Below the pieces are notes generated by a model. The model ran no database searches. It worked only from the letters and a program-made list of their open reading frames with translations, and was not told where the DNA came from. Positions 18,433-28,299 of a stretch of 64,000 nucleotides of DNA are shown here, piece after piece. Every line of letters begins with the position of its first letter. The stretch's first letter is position 1. Source of the stretch: Candidatus Fraserbacteria bacterium (GTDB lineage: Bacteria > Bipolaricaulota > Bipolaricaulia > RBG-16-55-9 > DRXL01); contig CAMTVK010000001.1 of assembly GCA_947085185.1 (NCBI GenBank), forward strand, positions 64,001 through 128,000, given 5' to 3'. A program made the position numbers and the translations under genes.

Positions 18433-19519
18433 GCTGCTTCCTCCGGTAGCGATAGTACGCGGCGCACGCGCCTTCAGAGGAGACCATCGGCGCTCCCAGA
18501 GGGCGCTCGGGAGTGCAGCGCGTCCCAAACGCTGGACACTCGTGGGGCTTCTTCACGCCCTGTAACACCAGCCCCGCCATGCACTCCGACGGCTCTTCGA
18601 CCGAGCGATGGGTAAGCCCGAATTTCTGCGCGGCGTCAAATTCTCTGTATTTTTCTGTGAGACCTAGCCCGCTTTGGGGGATCTCTCCAATGCCACGCCA
18701 TTTTCGAGGGACAACACAGAAGACTTCGCGAATGAGCTCTTGCGCTTTGAGATTCCCCTGGCGGCGCACCGACCGGGTATACTGATTTTCGACGTCGTAG
18801 CGCCCCTCTTGAAGCTGCTTGACGCACATATAGACGCCCTGCAAGATATCGAGCGGCTCAAACCCTGTCACGACGATGGGGACTCTATATTTTTTGGCGA
18901 TGGGTTCGTATTCGGTGTAGCCCATCACGGTGCAGACGTGGCCTGCAGCTAAAAAGCCCTGGACGCGATTCTTTGGGGAAGAGAGAATCGCTTCTAGTGC
19001 TGGGGGGACCAAGACGTGCGATACCAACAGCGAAAAATTTTGTATCTTTTGGTGATAGGCTTGGTAGACGGCCATGGCATTAGCCGGGGCGGTCGTCTCG
19101 AAGCCCACGGCGAAGAAGACGACTTCTCTCTTGGGATTCTCTTGAGCGAGTTTGAGGGCATCTAAGGGCGAGTAGACGATGCGCACGTCGCCCCCTTGCG
19201 CCTTGACCGAGAGCAGATCACACTTGGTGCCGGGGACGCGCAGCATATCGCCAAACGAGCAAAAGATCACCTCAGGGCGCGAGGCGATCTCGATCGCTTT
19301 GTCTATGAGCTCGACGGGGGTGACGCAGACGGGGCAGCCCGGCCCATGCACAAGCGTGATCTCCTTGGGGAGCAGCTCGTCTATGCCGAATTTAATAATA
19401 GCATGGGTCTGGCCGCCGCAGACCTCCATGATCGTCCAGGGTCTTGTGGTGATCTGGGCGATCAGCCGGGCGTAGCGCCATGCGAGCGTGGCGTCGCGAT
19501 ACTCGTCAATAAATCTCAT
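18425..19519 (-). CDS. hypD: Hydrogenase maturation protein HypD
   Basis: [30 protein letters not shown]. Confidence 0.97.
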   Translation of the reverse strand: MRFIDEYRDATLAWRYARLIAQITTRPWTIMEVCGGQTHAIIKFGIDELLPKEITLVHGPGCPVCVTPVELIDKAIEIASRPEVIFCSFGDMLRVPGTKCDLLSVKAQGGDVRIVYSPLDALKLAQENPKREVVFFAVGFETTAPANAMAVYQAYHQKIQNFSLLVSHVLVPPALEAILSSPKNRVQGFLAAGHVCTVMGYTEYEPIAKKYRVPIVVTGFEPLDILQGVYMCVKQLQEGRYDVENQYTRSVRRQGNLKAQELIREVFCVVPRKWRGIGEIPQSGLGLTEKYREFDAAQKFGLTHRSVEEPSECMAGLVLQGVKKPHECPAFGTRCTPERPLGAPMVSSEGACAAYYRYRRKQHG

Positions 19520-19566
19520 CTTTCAAAGAATAGCACAGACGCCAAGCCCGCTCAAACGAAGTCTTA

Positions 19567-20655
19567 TTAATAGAGAGTATATTGAAATCCCAAGCTCAGC
19601 CCCCAGCTCGGCTCTTCAAAGCCTGTTCCCCAACTTGTCTCTGTGCGTGCAAGCACGCTGAGGGCACTGGAGACGCGCACGCTGAAATTGACGGTGAGCG
19701 TATGGAGCTGGGTCATTGCTGTAGGCTGTTGCGTTCCGGAGAAGCTATAGAGAGCCGTCATGGTCGCTGTGGGGGAGAGCACCCGGTTGTAGCTTGCTGA
19801 GGCGGTCAGGCGAGCATATCCGGTGAAGGGCAGATCGGCTTGCCAGAGGGCATTGGCGAGGAACCCACTGTCGGCATCGAGGGCGCGGGCCAAATTCGAA
19901 GCTATTTGAATGACTGCGCTGTTGGTCCCCGTGGGGTCGAAGACTTCGTAGCCCGCTGAGGCTGTGAGATCAAAGCCGCAGAAGCGGCGGCTCTCGTCGC
20001 TGAGCACGCTTTGGAGCACGAGCACGCCTCGCACGCCCAGGGTCGTCCCCAGGGCTTTCTCGAGCTCTTCTAGGACGGCTGTCAGGCCCAGCTCCGCGCG
20101 CCGCCCAATGATCTGAGCAATCTGATTGAGCTGATCTTGAGAGAGCGGCTGCGTCAGGATCTTCTCTTGGTGGAGGGCTTCGGAGACTTTCAGCGCTTTG
20201 GCCATAGGGGTGACATCGCGGAAGCGTCCCCATCCTGCACCGGCAAGCAACGTGACAGCGAGATTGGCCTGCCCCGGAACCCCCGTGGATGCCAGACCTC
20301 CAAAGAGAAAGAGATTCTCGTCCAGATACCGACGCAGCTCGGCAGAGCTCGCGATCGAGATGTCAAATTGGATAGCTTGCCCTAGCTCCAGACGCGCTGA
20401 GCCCTCTAAGCGATAGCCCCACTCCGGCTCGGCTAACCACGACACCCATTGGACGGCTAAATGACCAACGCTGACATTGTCACGATTATCGAGATATTTG
20501 TCGTTGAAATAGCGATAGTCCCCACTAAGACTGAGAGCGAAGAGCTCGTTGCGCGGAGGAGTGTAGTCGCAGATATTGACCTGTGCTAAAGCCACCCCAC
20601 TAGAGATCACGAGAGAGATTGCAATAACGCTCAGCACTGTTTTCATAAACAGCAC
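19567..20655 (-). CDS. Putative outer-membrane beta-barrel protein with central helical insertion
   Basis: Signal peptide (ALA|Q), alternating amphipathic strands, C-terminal WGLSLGFQYTLY; own TATAAT promoter and AAGGAG RBS. Confidence 0.65.
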   Translation of the reverse strand: MLFMKTVLSVIAISLVISSGVALAQVNICDYTPPRNELFALSLSGDYRYFNDKYLDNRDNVSVGHLAVQWVSWLAEPEWGYRLEGSARLELGQAIQFDISIASSAELRRYLDENLFLFGGLASTGVPGQANLAVTLLAGAGWGRFRDVTPMAKALKVSEALHQEKILTQPLSQDQLNQIAQIIGRRAELGLTAVLEELEKALGTTLGVRGVLVLQSVLSDESRRFCGFDLTASAGYEVFDPTGTNSAVIQIASNLARALDADSGFLANALWQADLPFTGYARLTASASYNRVLSPTATMTALYSFSGTQQPTAMTQLHTLTVNFSVRVSSALSVLARTETSWGTGFEEPSWGLSLGFQYTLY

Positions 20656-20750
20656 TCCTTTCTTGCTCTTGTGTTTGGTTGCTCATAGATTATACGTATA
20701 TAGCAAACGTTAGTCAAATTTTAAAGTTCCATTGGGGGGGGCACAATGAC

Positions 20751-21020
20751 TTACGAATGCTGCTTAGGCCCTGACATCTTGAGCTCTTCCAGCTCGCCCA
20801 TCTCTTTGAGATACTCGAAGACTTTTTGGGCTTCGGCTTCATTGAGCTTGCCGATCGCAAAGCCGACGTGCACGATGACGTAGTCGCCGACTTGAGCGTC
20901 GGGGACATACGCTAGATTGACTTCTTTCACGATGCCCCCAAAGCTCACCCTGCCCGTGCGCAGGATGGGATCGTCGTTCTCGCTAATGCTGATGATCTTC
21001 CCTGGAACGGCAAGACACAT
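20751..21020 (-). CDS. hypC: Hydrogenase maturation chaperone HypC
   Basis: MCLAVPGKI...VGDYVIVHVGFAI. Confidence 0.97.
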   Translation of the reverse strand: MCLAVPGKIISISENDDPILRTGRVSFGGIVKEVNLAYVPDAQVGDYVIVHVGFAIGKLNEAEAQKVFEYLKEMGELEELKMSGPKQHS

Positions 21021-21026
21021 CTCTAT

Positions 21027-23294
21027 TCACCCCTTAGCCCAAGCAGCGACGATCTGTCCGAGGGCGATGCCCCCGTCGTTGGGGGGAATTCTCTGGTGCC
21101 AATAGACACGAAAGCCCTCCTCACGGAGCCGCGCGATCGCCCGCTCGGTCAGATAGAGATTCTGAAAGCATCCGCCTGTGAGCACGACCCTCTCTTCCCC
21201 GACACGCCGCGCCACAGCGACGATCATCTCCACCAGAGTCTTGTGAAACTTCGCTGCTATCTTACCAACTGAAACGCTATCACGCACGTCGCCAACGAGA
21301 GAGCGAAGCATCGGCCCCCAGTCGAGCGTCTCTTCCGAGAGAGCAAAATCATAGCTCTCGTCTGTCTCGATCCCGTGCAGGGCAAATTCGAGCTCCATCG
21401 CCGCTTGGCCCTCAAAACGATTGATCTGTCTCAGCCCCACTATCGAAGCGAGAGCATCGAAGAGCCGCCCGACGCTCGAAGTGTAAGGGCTGTTGAGATC
21501 CTTCTGGAGCATTGTGCGCAAGATCTCAAGCTCTCTTTCAGAGAAGGCCCGCACCGGTGCGCATTCTGTCATGGAGAAGAGCGCATCCCCATAGAGCTCG
21601 TAGAGCACACCGAGAGCAGATCGTCTCGGCTCTCTGACAGCGTGCTCGCCTCCGGGAAGACGAAACGGTCGCAGATAGGCAACCCTCGTGAAAGATTCTC
21701 GCGTCGCCAGCAGAAACTCTCCCCCCCAGATCGTGCCGTCGAGCCCGTAGCCCGTCCCGTCCCACGAAACACCCAGCACTGGGCCGTCGAGTTCGTTCTC
21801 GGCCATGCACGCAAGCACATGCGCGTAGTGATGCTGCACGCTCAGTTTGGGAAGCTTGTGTCCTTGGGCGTACTGCGTCGAGAGATAGTCCGGGTGCAGA
21901 TCACACGCGATGATCCGGGGGTGAGCTTCGTAGAGCCTTTCAAAGTCAGCGATCACCCTCTGAAACGCCTCGAACGCTTGGGGCGTCTCTAAGTCCCCAA
22001 TATGCTGACTGACGAAGACGTTTGGGCCGACCGAGAGCGCGACGGTATTTTTGAGATGAGCGCCGACAGCTAAGACAGTTTTGGGTTTTGCGCGCTCCAT
22101 CTGCAGGTGTATGGGGAGCGGGGCAAAGCCGCGGGCGCGGCGCAGCACCAGCTCCCGACCGGCTATGATACGCACGATCGAGTCGTCCACATGGCGGGCA
22201 ATGGGACGATCGTGCACGAGAAAGAGATCGGCGATTCTAGTGAGTCGTGTGAGGGCTTCGTGCTCGTCGGTGCAGATGGGCTCATCGGAGAGGTTCCCGC
22301 TTGTGGCGACGACGGGGAACCCCAGCTCGGCCATCAAGAGATGGTGCAAGGGGGTATAGGGGAGCATCACGCCCAGATAGGGGGTGCGCGGGGCGACAGT
22401 GGGGGCGATCTGCGCATGCTCTTTCCGGCGCACAAGCACGATCGGCGCCTCCGGAGCAGTAAGCACTCGCTCTTCAAGCTTTGAAATTTCGCAGTGCGCT
22501 TTAACAAGCTCTAGCGATGGGTACATGAGTGCGAGGGGCTTCTCTTGGCGGTGCTTGCGGCGACGCAGCTCGTGCACGGCTTGTTCATCGCGAGCATCGC
22601 AGATGAGATGGAACCCGCCCAAGCCCTTCACCGCGACGATCTGTCCGTCGCGAATCGCTTGGGCAGCGTGGAGCAAGGCGTCGTCGTACTGAGCGAGCAC
22701 GGTGCCCTTGGGGTCCCATAGTTCTAGGTGCGGCCCGCACTTTGGGCAGGCGTTGGGTTGAGCGTGGAAGCGCCGATTCGATGGGTCGTCGTACTCGGCC
22801 TGGCAGTCAGAGCACATCGGGAATTTTTTCATAGTGGTGTTCGGGCGATCATACGGGAGGGCTTCAATGATGGAGAAGCGCGGGCCACAATTGGTGCAGT
22901 TGGTGAATGGGTAGCGATAGCGTCGGTCATGGGGATCGAAGATCTCGCGTACGCACTCAGGGCAGGTCGCAATATCTGGGAGGATAAGAGCTGTCTTGTG
23001 GCCCGACTCGTCGCTGTGGCGGATCTCGAATGCGCTAGAGCCGACGGGATCGAGCCAAGAGTATTCTAAGCTCTGGATGAACGCGTGCGGAGGCTTGTCG
23101 CGCGTCAGTCTCTGGAGAAACTCGTCGAGTTGCGCTTTGGTTCCCTCGGCTTCGATGGAGACGCCCTGGGCGGAGTTGAGCACCCAGCCCGTGAGTTTCA
23201 GTTCTGTCGCCAGGCGCCAGACGAATGGCCGAAAGCCTACCCCTTGCACCGCGCCGTGAATAGCGATCTTCAAGCGAACGATCTGTTCGCTCAT
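21027..23294 (-). CDS. hypF: Carbamoyltransferase HypF
   Basis: GAVQGVGFRPF, zinc fingers, KGLGGFHL, QHHYAH, PPNDGGIALGQ. Confidence 0.97.
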   Translation of the reverse strand: MSEQIVRLKIAIHGAVQGVGFRPFVWRLATELKLTGWVLNSAQGVSIEAEGTKAQLDEFLQRLTRDKPPHAFIQSLEYSWLDPVGSSAFEIRHSDESGHKTALILPDIATCPECVREIFDPHDRRYRYPFTNCTNCGPRFSIIEALPYDRPNTTMKKFPMCSDCQAEYDDPSNRRFHAQPNACPKCGPHLELWDPKGTVLAQYDDALLHAAQAIRDGQIVAVKGLGGFHLICDARDEQAVHELRRRKHRQEKPLALMYPSLELVKAHCEISKLEERVLTAPEAPIVLVRRKEHAQIAPTVAPRTPYLGVMLPYTPLHHLLMAELGFPVVATSGNLSDEPICTDEHEALTRLTRIADLFLVHDRPIARHVDDSIVRIIAGRELVLRRARGFAPLPIHLQMERAKPKTVLAVGAHLKNTVALSVGPNVFVSQHIGDLETPQAFEAFQRVIADFERLYEAHPRIIACDLHPDYLSTQYAQGHKLPKLSVQHHYAHVLACMAENELDGPVLGVSWDGTGYGLDGTIWGGEFLLATRESFTRVAYLRPFRLPGGEHAVREPRRSALGVLYELYGDALFSMTECAPVRAFSERELEILRTMLQKDLNSPYTSSVGRLFDALASIVGLRQINRFEGQAAMELEFALHGIETDESYDFALSEETLDWGPMLRSLVGDVRDSVSVGKIAAKFHKTLVEMIVAVARRVGEERVVLTGGCFQNLYLTERAIARLREEGFRVYWHQRIPPNDGGIALGQIVAAWAKG

Positions 23295-23385
23295 GGCTCT
23301 TAAGTATATGAGCTGCGTGCACGGGGCGGCAAGCCCTCGGCTTTCTCTAGAGCTCTCTTATGATTTGTCGTTGAGGGGGGAGATT

Positions 23386-23450
23386 TTGATTTTTGCTAGC
23401 TTTTTCGCTGATCTTGATCATAGCGCGATCTGGGGAAGTTCACCTAAAAT
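23386..23450 (+). promoter_or_regulatory. Tandem-box promoter of cooC-acs operon
   Basis: TTGATTTTTGCTAG (23386, degenerate right half), CTGATCTTGATCAT (23408), 23 nt, TAAAAT (23445). Confidence 0.65.
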
Positions 23451-23459
23451 GCAACGGCT

Positions 23460-24200
23460 ATGAAGATTGCGATCTCGGGCAAGGGCGGGGTGGGCAAGAC
23501 CACGCTCTGTGCTCTGCTAGCGAGAGAGGCTGTCGCGCAAGGGAAGCGCGTCTTCGCTGTGGACGCCGACCCAAACCCAACGTTGGCCTTGGCCCTGGGC
23601 CTCCCCGGAGAGATCACACCCCTGGTCGAGCTGCAAGGGCTCATAGAAGAGCGCGTGGGCTCGATGGATGGCTTTTTTCGACTCAACCCCACAGTCGACG
23701 ACATCCCTGAGCGCTTTGCTGTCGAGCACGACGGCATAAAGCTCTTGGTGATGGGGCCGATCCGTCAGGGCGGAGGCGGCTGCGCCTGCCCGCAGAATAC
23801 GTTCTTGAAGGGCTTGCTGCAGCACTTGGTCTTGGAGCGCGATGAAGTGATTCTGTTAGATTTTGAGGCGGGGCTGGAGCCCCTGGGCCGCGCTACAGCC
23901 CAAGGGGTGGACGCGCTGCTCATCGTCGTCGAGCCCGACGGGGGAAGCGTCGTCACGGCCACGCGCATTCACGCCTTAGCTCAGCAGATCGGGATTAAAA
24001 GAATCTTTGCTGTGGCCAACAAGATCCGTGAGCCCGGCGAGCTGCGCGCCATCGAAGAGAGCTTAGAGATAGCTGTGATTGGGGCGCTGCCTTACAGTGA
24101 GGCGCTCCGCGTCGCCGGCCCTACGGCTCTCAGTGATAGAGAGATCCGCCATCAGGTGCACGCGATCTTGGAGAGCGTTCAGATTCCCTCTTCAGTTTGA
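23460..24200 (+). CDS. cooC: CODH/ACS nickel-insertion ATPase CooC/AcsF
   Basis: GKGGVGKTT, DADP, GCAC, D.EAGLE.LGR. Confidence 0.92.
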   Translation: MKIAISGKGGVGKTTLCALLAREAVAQGKRVFAVDADPNPTLALALGLPGEITPLVELQGLIEERVGSMDGFFRLNPTVDDIPERFAVEHDGIKLLVMGPIRQGGGGCACPQNTFLKGLLQHLVLERDEVILLDFEAGLEPLGRATAQGVDALLIVVEPDGGSVVTATRIHALAQQIGIKRIFAVANKIREPGELRAIEESLEIAVIGALPYSEALRVAGPTALSDREIRHQVHAILESVQIPSSV

Positions 24201-24225
24201 AGAGGACTCCCAAAAAGGAGGCGCG

Positions 24226-24747
24226 ATGGAGCGGCTCTTCTGCGACCCGCGGCGATGTGTGGGCTGTCGGGCGTGTGAGATCGCCTGTGCGGTCGAGCAC
24301 ACGCCTGCAAAAGATCTCTTTCGTGCGGTGCTGGATGGGGAGGTAGGGCCTCCGCGGCGGCGCGTCCAAACTCTTGGAGGTGAGCCCTATCGGGTAGCTA
24401 TCGGGGGAGTAGTTCTTTCGCTGGGCTGCCATCACTGCGACCCGGCACCGTGCGTGGACGCGTGCATCACCGGGGCGATGCACAAAGTCAATGGCGAAAC
24501 TCTCTGCGATGTAGAGAGGTGTATCGGCTGCTGGATGTGCGTGATGAGCTGCCCCTACGGCGCGATCACGCCGAGGGTGAAGGCCCTCAAGTGCGATCTC
24601 TGCCCCGACCGCAGAGAGAGAGTAGGGCGGGCGCGCTATGCGTGTGTGGAGGCGTGCCCCACAGAGGCGCTCTTTGCTGGAACGTTTGAAGAATTCCAAA
24701 AGATCTTGGCCGAGCCGGTAGTCTCCGTATGGGGGGGAAGGCCATGA
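24226..24747 (+). CDS. cooF: CooF-like 4x[4Fe-4S] electron-transfer protein
   Basis: CVGCRACEIAC, CHHC.PAPCVDAC, CIGCWMCVMSCP, KCDLC...CVEACP; AAAGGAGG RBS. Confidence 0.85.
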   Translation: MERLFCDPRRCVGCRACEIACAVEHTPAKDLFRAVLDGEVGPPRRRVQTLGGEPYRVAIGGVVLSLGCHHCDPAPCVDACITGAMHKVNGETLCDVERCIGCWMCVMSCPYGAITPRVKALKCDLCPDRRERVGRARYACVEACPTEALFAGTFEEFQKILAEPVVSVWGGRP

Positions 24748-26060
24748 GATTTGTGGTCATCGGGGCTTCCGCGGCGGGCAGCAGTGCGGCGGAAACCTTG
24801 CGTCGCTATGCTCCACAGGCGCAGATTATAGTCGTCTCCGACGAAAAGATCACGTACTCCAAGCCCTTGCTCTCGTATTATCTGGCGGGCAAGCTGGGGG
24901 AGGAGCAGCTCTTCTTTCGTCCTCCGGATTTCTACGAACGCTATAAGATCGAGAGGATTCACGCGCGGGCGGTGGGCCTGCGCCCGGAGAAGAGCGCTGT
25001 TGAGCTCTCGGACGGACGAAAGCTTTATTACGATGCGCTCTTAGTGGCGACCGGGGCCGCGCCGCGCTTTCCCGAGGTCGAAGGGATTCAGCGCGATGGG
25101 GTCTTCGGGCTGCGCAGGCTCGAGGACGCTTCTGGGATTCTGGAGCGGCTGCCCACAGCCCGACGTGCCATAGTGCTGGGTGGGGGCTTAGTGGGGCTGA
25201 AGGCCGCAGCAGCCCTGAAAGAACGGGGCTTGCGTGTGACGGTCTTGGTGGATTCGCCCCATGTGCTCTCGCAGATGCTCGACGAGAGCTCGGCACGGAT
25301 CTTCGAGAGAATCTTTGAGCAGAATGGGGTCGCGATTCGGACAAAAGCAAAGCCCGTTGCTGTGCTAGGCCGAGAGAAGCTCCAAGGCGTTCAGCTCGCT
25401 TCTGGGGAGGTCTTCGAGGGTGATCTGGTCGTCGTGGGCAAGGGCGTCGATCCGAATCTCGAGCTCCTTGAGGGCACATCCATTCAGAGAGACTACGGGA
25501 TACTTGTGGACGACTATTTGCGCACGAGCGTCGAGAATATTTACGCGGCGGGGGACGTGGCGCAGGCTCAAGATGTGCTGCGCGGGGAGCCGTGGATTAA
25601 CGCGCTGTGGCCCTGTGCCGTCGAGCAAGGGCGCGTCGCAGCACTCAATATGCTCGGCAAGGAGACAAGATATCGTGGCTCGATGCGACAGAATAGTGTG
25701 CAGTTCTTTGGAGTGCCCGTGATCTCCGCGGGATTAGCCGTGCTCACGCCGGGACCCTTGGGCGGACGCCCTGGCGAGCACGACGAGACGTTGGAGTTCA
25801 GCCCCGCTCCGGGGATTTACAGAAAGATCTTTCTCAAAGACGATACAATCGTGGGGTTTGTGCTTGTGGGGGATGTGCCCGCTGCAGGGCTCTTGCGCAT
25901 CTTGATGGAGCGGCGCGTCAACGTCGCTCCCGTTAAGGAGAGATTGCTGGAGCTGGGGCCAGATCTGGGGTATCTCTTGCCCTTGATTGCTGAGAACAGA
26001 GAGCAGTTTGCGGAGCGAGAATTCAAAGAACTCGTACAAACTGTGAGTGTGGAGGTGTGA
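24744..26060 (+). CDS. FAD-dependent NAD(P) oxidoreductase (FNOR, CODH-associated)
   Basis: VIGASAAG, ATG, GGGLVG, TSVENIYAAGDVA. Confidence 0.88.
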   Translation: MRFVVIGASAAGSSAAETLRRYAPQAQIIVVSDEKITYSKPLLSYYLAGKLGEEQLFFRPPDFYERYKIERIHARAVGLRPEKSAVELSDGRKLYYDALLVATGAAPRFPEVEGIQRDGVFGLRRLEDASGILERLPTARRAIVLGGGLVGLKAAAALKERGLRVTVLVDSPHVLSQMLDESSARIFERIFEQNGVAIRTKAKPVAVLGREKLQGVQLASGEVFEGDLVVVGKGVDPNLELLEGTSIQRDYGILVDDYLRTSVENIYAAGDVAQAQDVLRGEPWINALWPCAVEQGRVAALNMLGKETRYRGSMRQNSVQFFGVPVISAGLAVLTPGPLGGRPGEHDETLEFSPAPGIYRKIFLKDDTIVGFVLVGDVPAAGLLRILMERRVNVAPVKERLLELGPDLGYLLPLIAENREQFAEREFKELVQTVSVEV

Positions 26061-26063
26061 AGT

Positions 26064-28286
26064 ATGTCTAAGATCATTGCGACGGCCGCGATCCGCGGAG
26101 CGCACAAATATGTCTCCGAGGCGGAGGCCAAACTCAAAGAAGCGATAGAAACATATAAGCCCGAGAAGAAAGTGGGCTTTCCTAACACAGCGTATCACTT
26201 GCCGTTGATCTTGGCGCTGTTGGGCTTGAAAGTCGAGACGCTCAAGGACTGCCAAGAGGCGTTGCGGCACGCGCGGAGTCTTTTGCCCCCAATTCCAGAT
26301 GAGAGCTTGTGGTTGCCCTATCTGGGGGACGCTCTCGATGCGGGGATCGCCACGCTCATTGCAGAGGAGATCATCGAGGCTTTGAAATATTTAGATCCCA
26401 GCTATAAGCCAGATCCTCCCTTCTTGGGCTTCACCGACGACGCGATTTTGCGCACTCAAGGGATTAAGCTAGTAGACGGACGGATGCCGGGCTTTGCGGC
26501 GTGCGTAGGGGCGCTGCCGACCAATAAAGATGCCGTGGAACTCGCGCGCGCCCTGCAAGAGCGCAACATCTTAGTCTTCATGGCCGGGGACTCCTACGGG
26601 CGCTCGATGGCCGAACAGTTGGCCGAAGAAGGGATTGAAATGGGCTGGGACACTTATCTCGTTCCCTACGGCAAGCATGTCGGCGCGGCAGTCTTCGCGT
26701 TGAACTTTGCGGCCCGTGCTGCTATGACCTTTGGGGGGATCAAGCCCGGCAGCTTCGAGGCGGCTCGCAAGATTCTTTTGTATAACAAAGAGCGCGTCTT
26801 CGCATTCGTGCTCGCGCTGGGGGCCGACCCGGGCGTCGATGGTTCAGGCCAGCTTTTGAGCGACGAGAAGTATGCCACCGCCGCGGGCGCCATCAACTTC
26901 GGCTTCCCTGTTATCGCCAACGTCCCCATCCCGCAAATTCTCCCCCGGGGCATCTGCACATATGAGCACGTCGTCTCTGGGATCTCGCTGGACAAGATCA
27001 TTCAAAAAGCCGTCGAAGTCCGCGGGCTCAAGCTCAAGCTCTCTAAAATCCCGATTCCCGTGCCGTACGGGGCGAGCTTCGAGGGCGAGCGCGTACGAAA
27101 AGAGAATCTCTTTGTAGAATTCGGGGGCAAGTATTCAACGGCGTTTGAGCTGCTGCGCGCCCGGCCCATGGACGAGGTCGAAGACGGCAAGATTGAACTC
27201 ATAGGCCCAGATATAGACAAGGCCCAAGAGCGCGGGGCTATGCCACTTGGCGTGATCGTTGACGTAGCGGGGCGCAACTTGAAGACCGACTTCGAGCCCG
27301 TCTTAGAGCGCAGAATCCATCACTTCATCAGCTGTATTAATGGGGTGATGCACATCGGGCAGCGCGATATTCCGTGGGTGCGCATCTCCAAAGAAGCTTA
27401 CGAGAAGGGCTTTCGCCTGAGACACTACGGCGAGGTCTTGGTCGCAAAATTCAAAGAAGATTTCGGGGCTCTTGTCGATAAAGTCCAAGTGACGATTGTC
27501 ACCGACCAAGCCAAAGTAGAAGAACTGCTCAAAGGAGCTCGCGAGATCTATCGTGCTCGCGACGAGCGCGTCATGGGGATGAGGGACGAGGACGTAGATA
27601 CGTTCTATAGTTGCATCTTGTGCCAGAGCTACGCGCCCAATCACGTCTGCATCGTCACGCCCCAGCGCTTGGGCCTCTGCGGAGCCTATACGTGGTTAGA
27701 CTGCGGCGCTTCGTACGAGATGGACCCGCACGGGCCCAACAAGCCCGTGACCAAGGGCCTCTGTCTCGATCCCGTCCTGGGCGAGTGGCAGGGGGTCAAC
27801 GAGTACGTGCGCGGGGCTTCTAACGGCAACTTAGAGAAAGTGAGCATGTACTCGATCATGCAGAACCCCCAGACTTCGTGCGGCTGCTTTGAGTGCATCG
27901 TCGCGGTCTTGCCTGAAGCCAATGGGGTGATGGTCGTCAGCCGCGAGTATCAAGGGGAGACCCCCATCGGCATGACCTTCTCGACGATGGCCGGCGAAGT
28001 CGGCGGCGGCGTGCAGACGCCGGGGTTCTTGGGCGTGGGCAAACTCTATCTGACGAGCGAAAAATTTATCAGTGCTGAGGGCGGGATTAAGAGATTGGTC
28101 TGGATGCCCAGCGAACTGAAAGAAGAGATCAAAGATCGCCTGCAGAAGCGTTTGGAGGAGATCGGGATGCCGGAGCTCTTCGACAAGATCGCTACTGAGA
28201 AAGACGCAACAACCAGTGAAGAGCTGTTGGAGTTCTTGCAGCGTGTGGGCCACCCGGCATTAGAGATGGAGCCGATTGTACAATAG
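26064..28286 (+). CDS. acsB: Acetyl-CoA synthase (A-cluster), bacterial type
   Basis: FPNTAY.LP, SCILCQSYAPNHVC...RLGLCGA, TSCGCFEC. Confidence 0.97.
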   Translation: MSKIIATAAIRGAHKYVSEAEAKLKEAIETYKPEKKVGFPNTAYHLPLILALLGLKVETLKDCQEALRHARSLLPPIPDESLWLPYLGDALDAGIATLIAEEIIEALKYLDPSYKPDPPFLGFTDDAILRTQGIKLVDGRMPGFAACVGALPTNKDAVELARALQERNILVFMAGDSYGRSMAEQLAEEGIEMGWDTYLVPYGKHVGAAVFALNFAARAAMTFGGIKPGSFEAARKILLYNKERVFAFVLALGADPGVDGSGQLLSDEKYATAAGAINFGFPVIANVPIPQILPRGICTYEHVVSGISLDKIIQKAVEVRGLKLKLSKIPIPVPYGASFEGERVRKENLFVEFGGKYSTAFELLRARPMDEVEDGKIELIGPDIDKAQERGAMPLGVIVDVAGRNLKTDFEPVLERRIHHFISCINGVMHIGQRDIPWVRISKEAYEKGFRLRHYGEVLVAKFKEDFGALVDKVQVTIVTDQAKVEELLKGAREIYRARDERVMGMRDEDVDTFYSCILCQSYAPNHVCIVTPQRLGLCGAYTWLDCGASYEMDPHGPNKPVTKGLCLDPVLGEWQGVNEYVRGASNGNLEKVSMYSIMQNPQTSCGCFECIVAVLPEANGVMVVSREYQGETPIGMTFSTMAGEVGGGVQTPGFLGVGKLYLTSEKFISAEGGIKRLVWMPSELKEEIKDRLQKRLEEIGMPELFDKIATEKDATTSEELLEFLQRVGHPALEMEPIVQ

Positions 28287-28299
28287 GAGCTGATGCTCT

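Noticed and set aside
20733..24737. Poly-G tracts (~20733-20741, 24731-24737) as phase-variation sites
   Set aside because: One is intergenic downstream of hypC, the other doubles as an RBS region; no frameshifted gene is associated.
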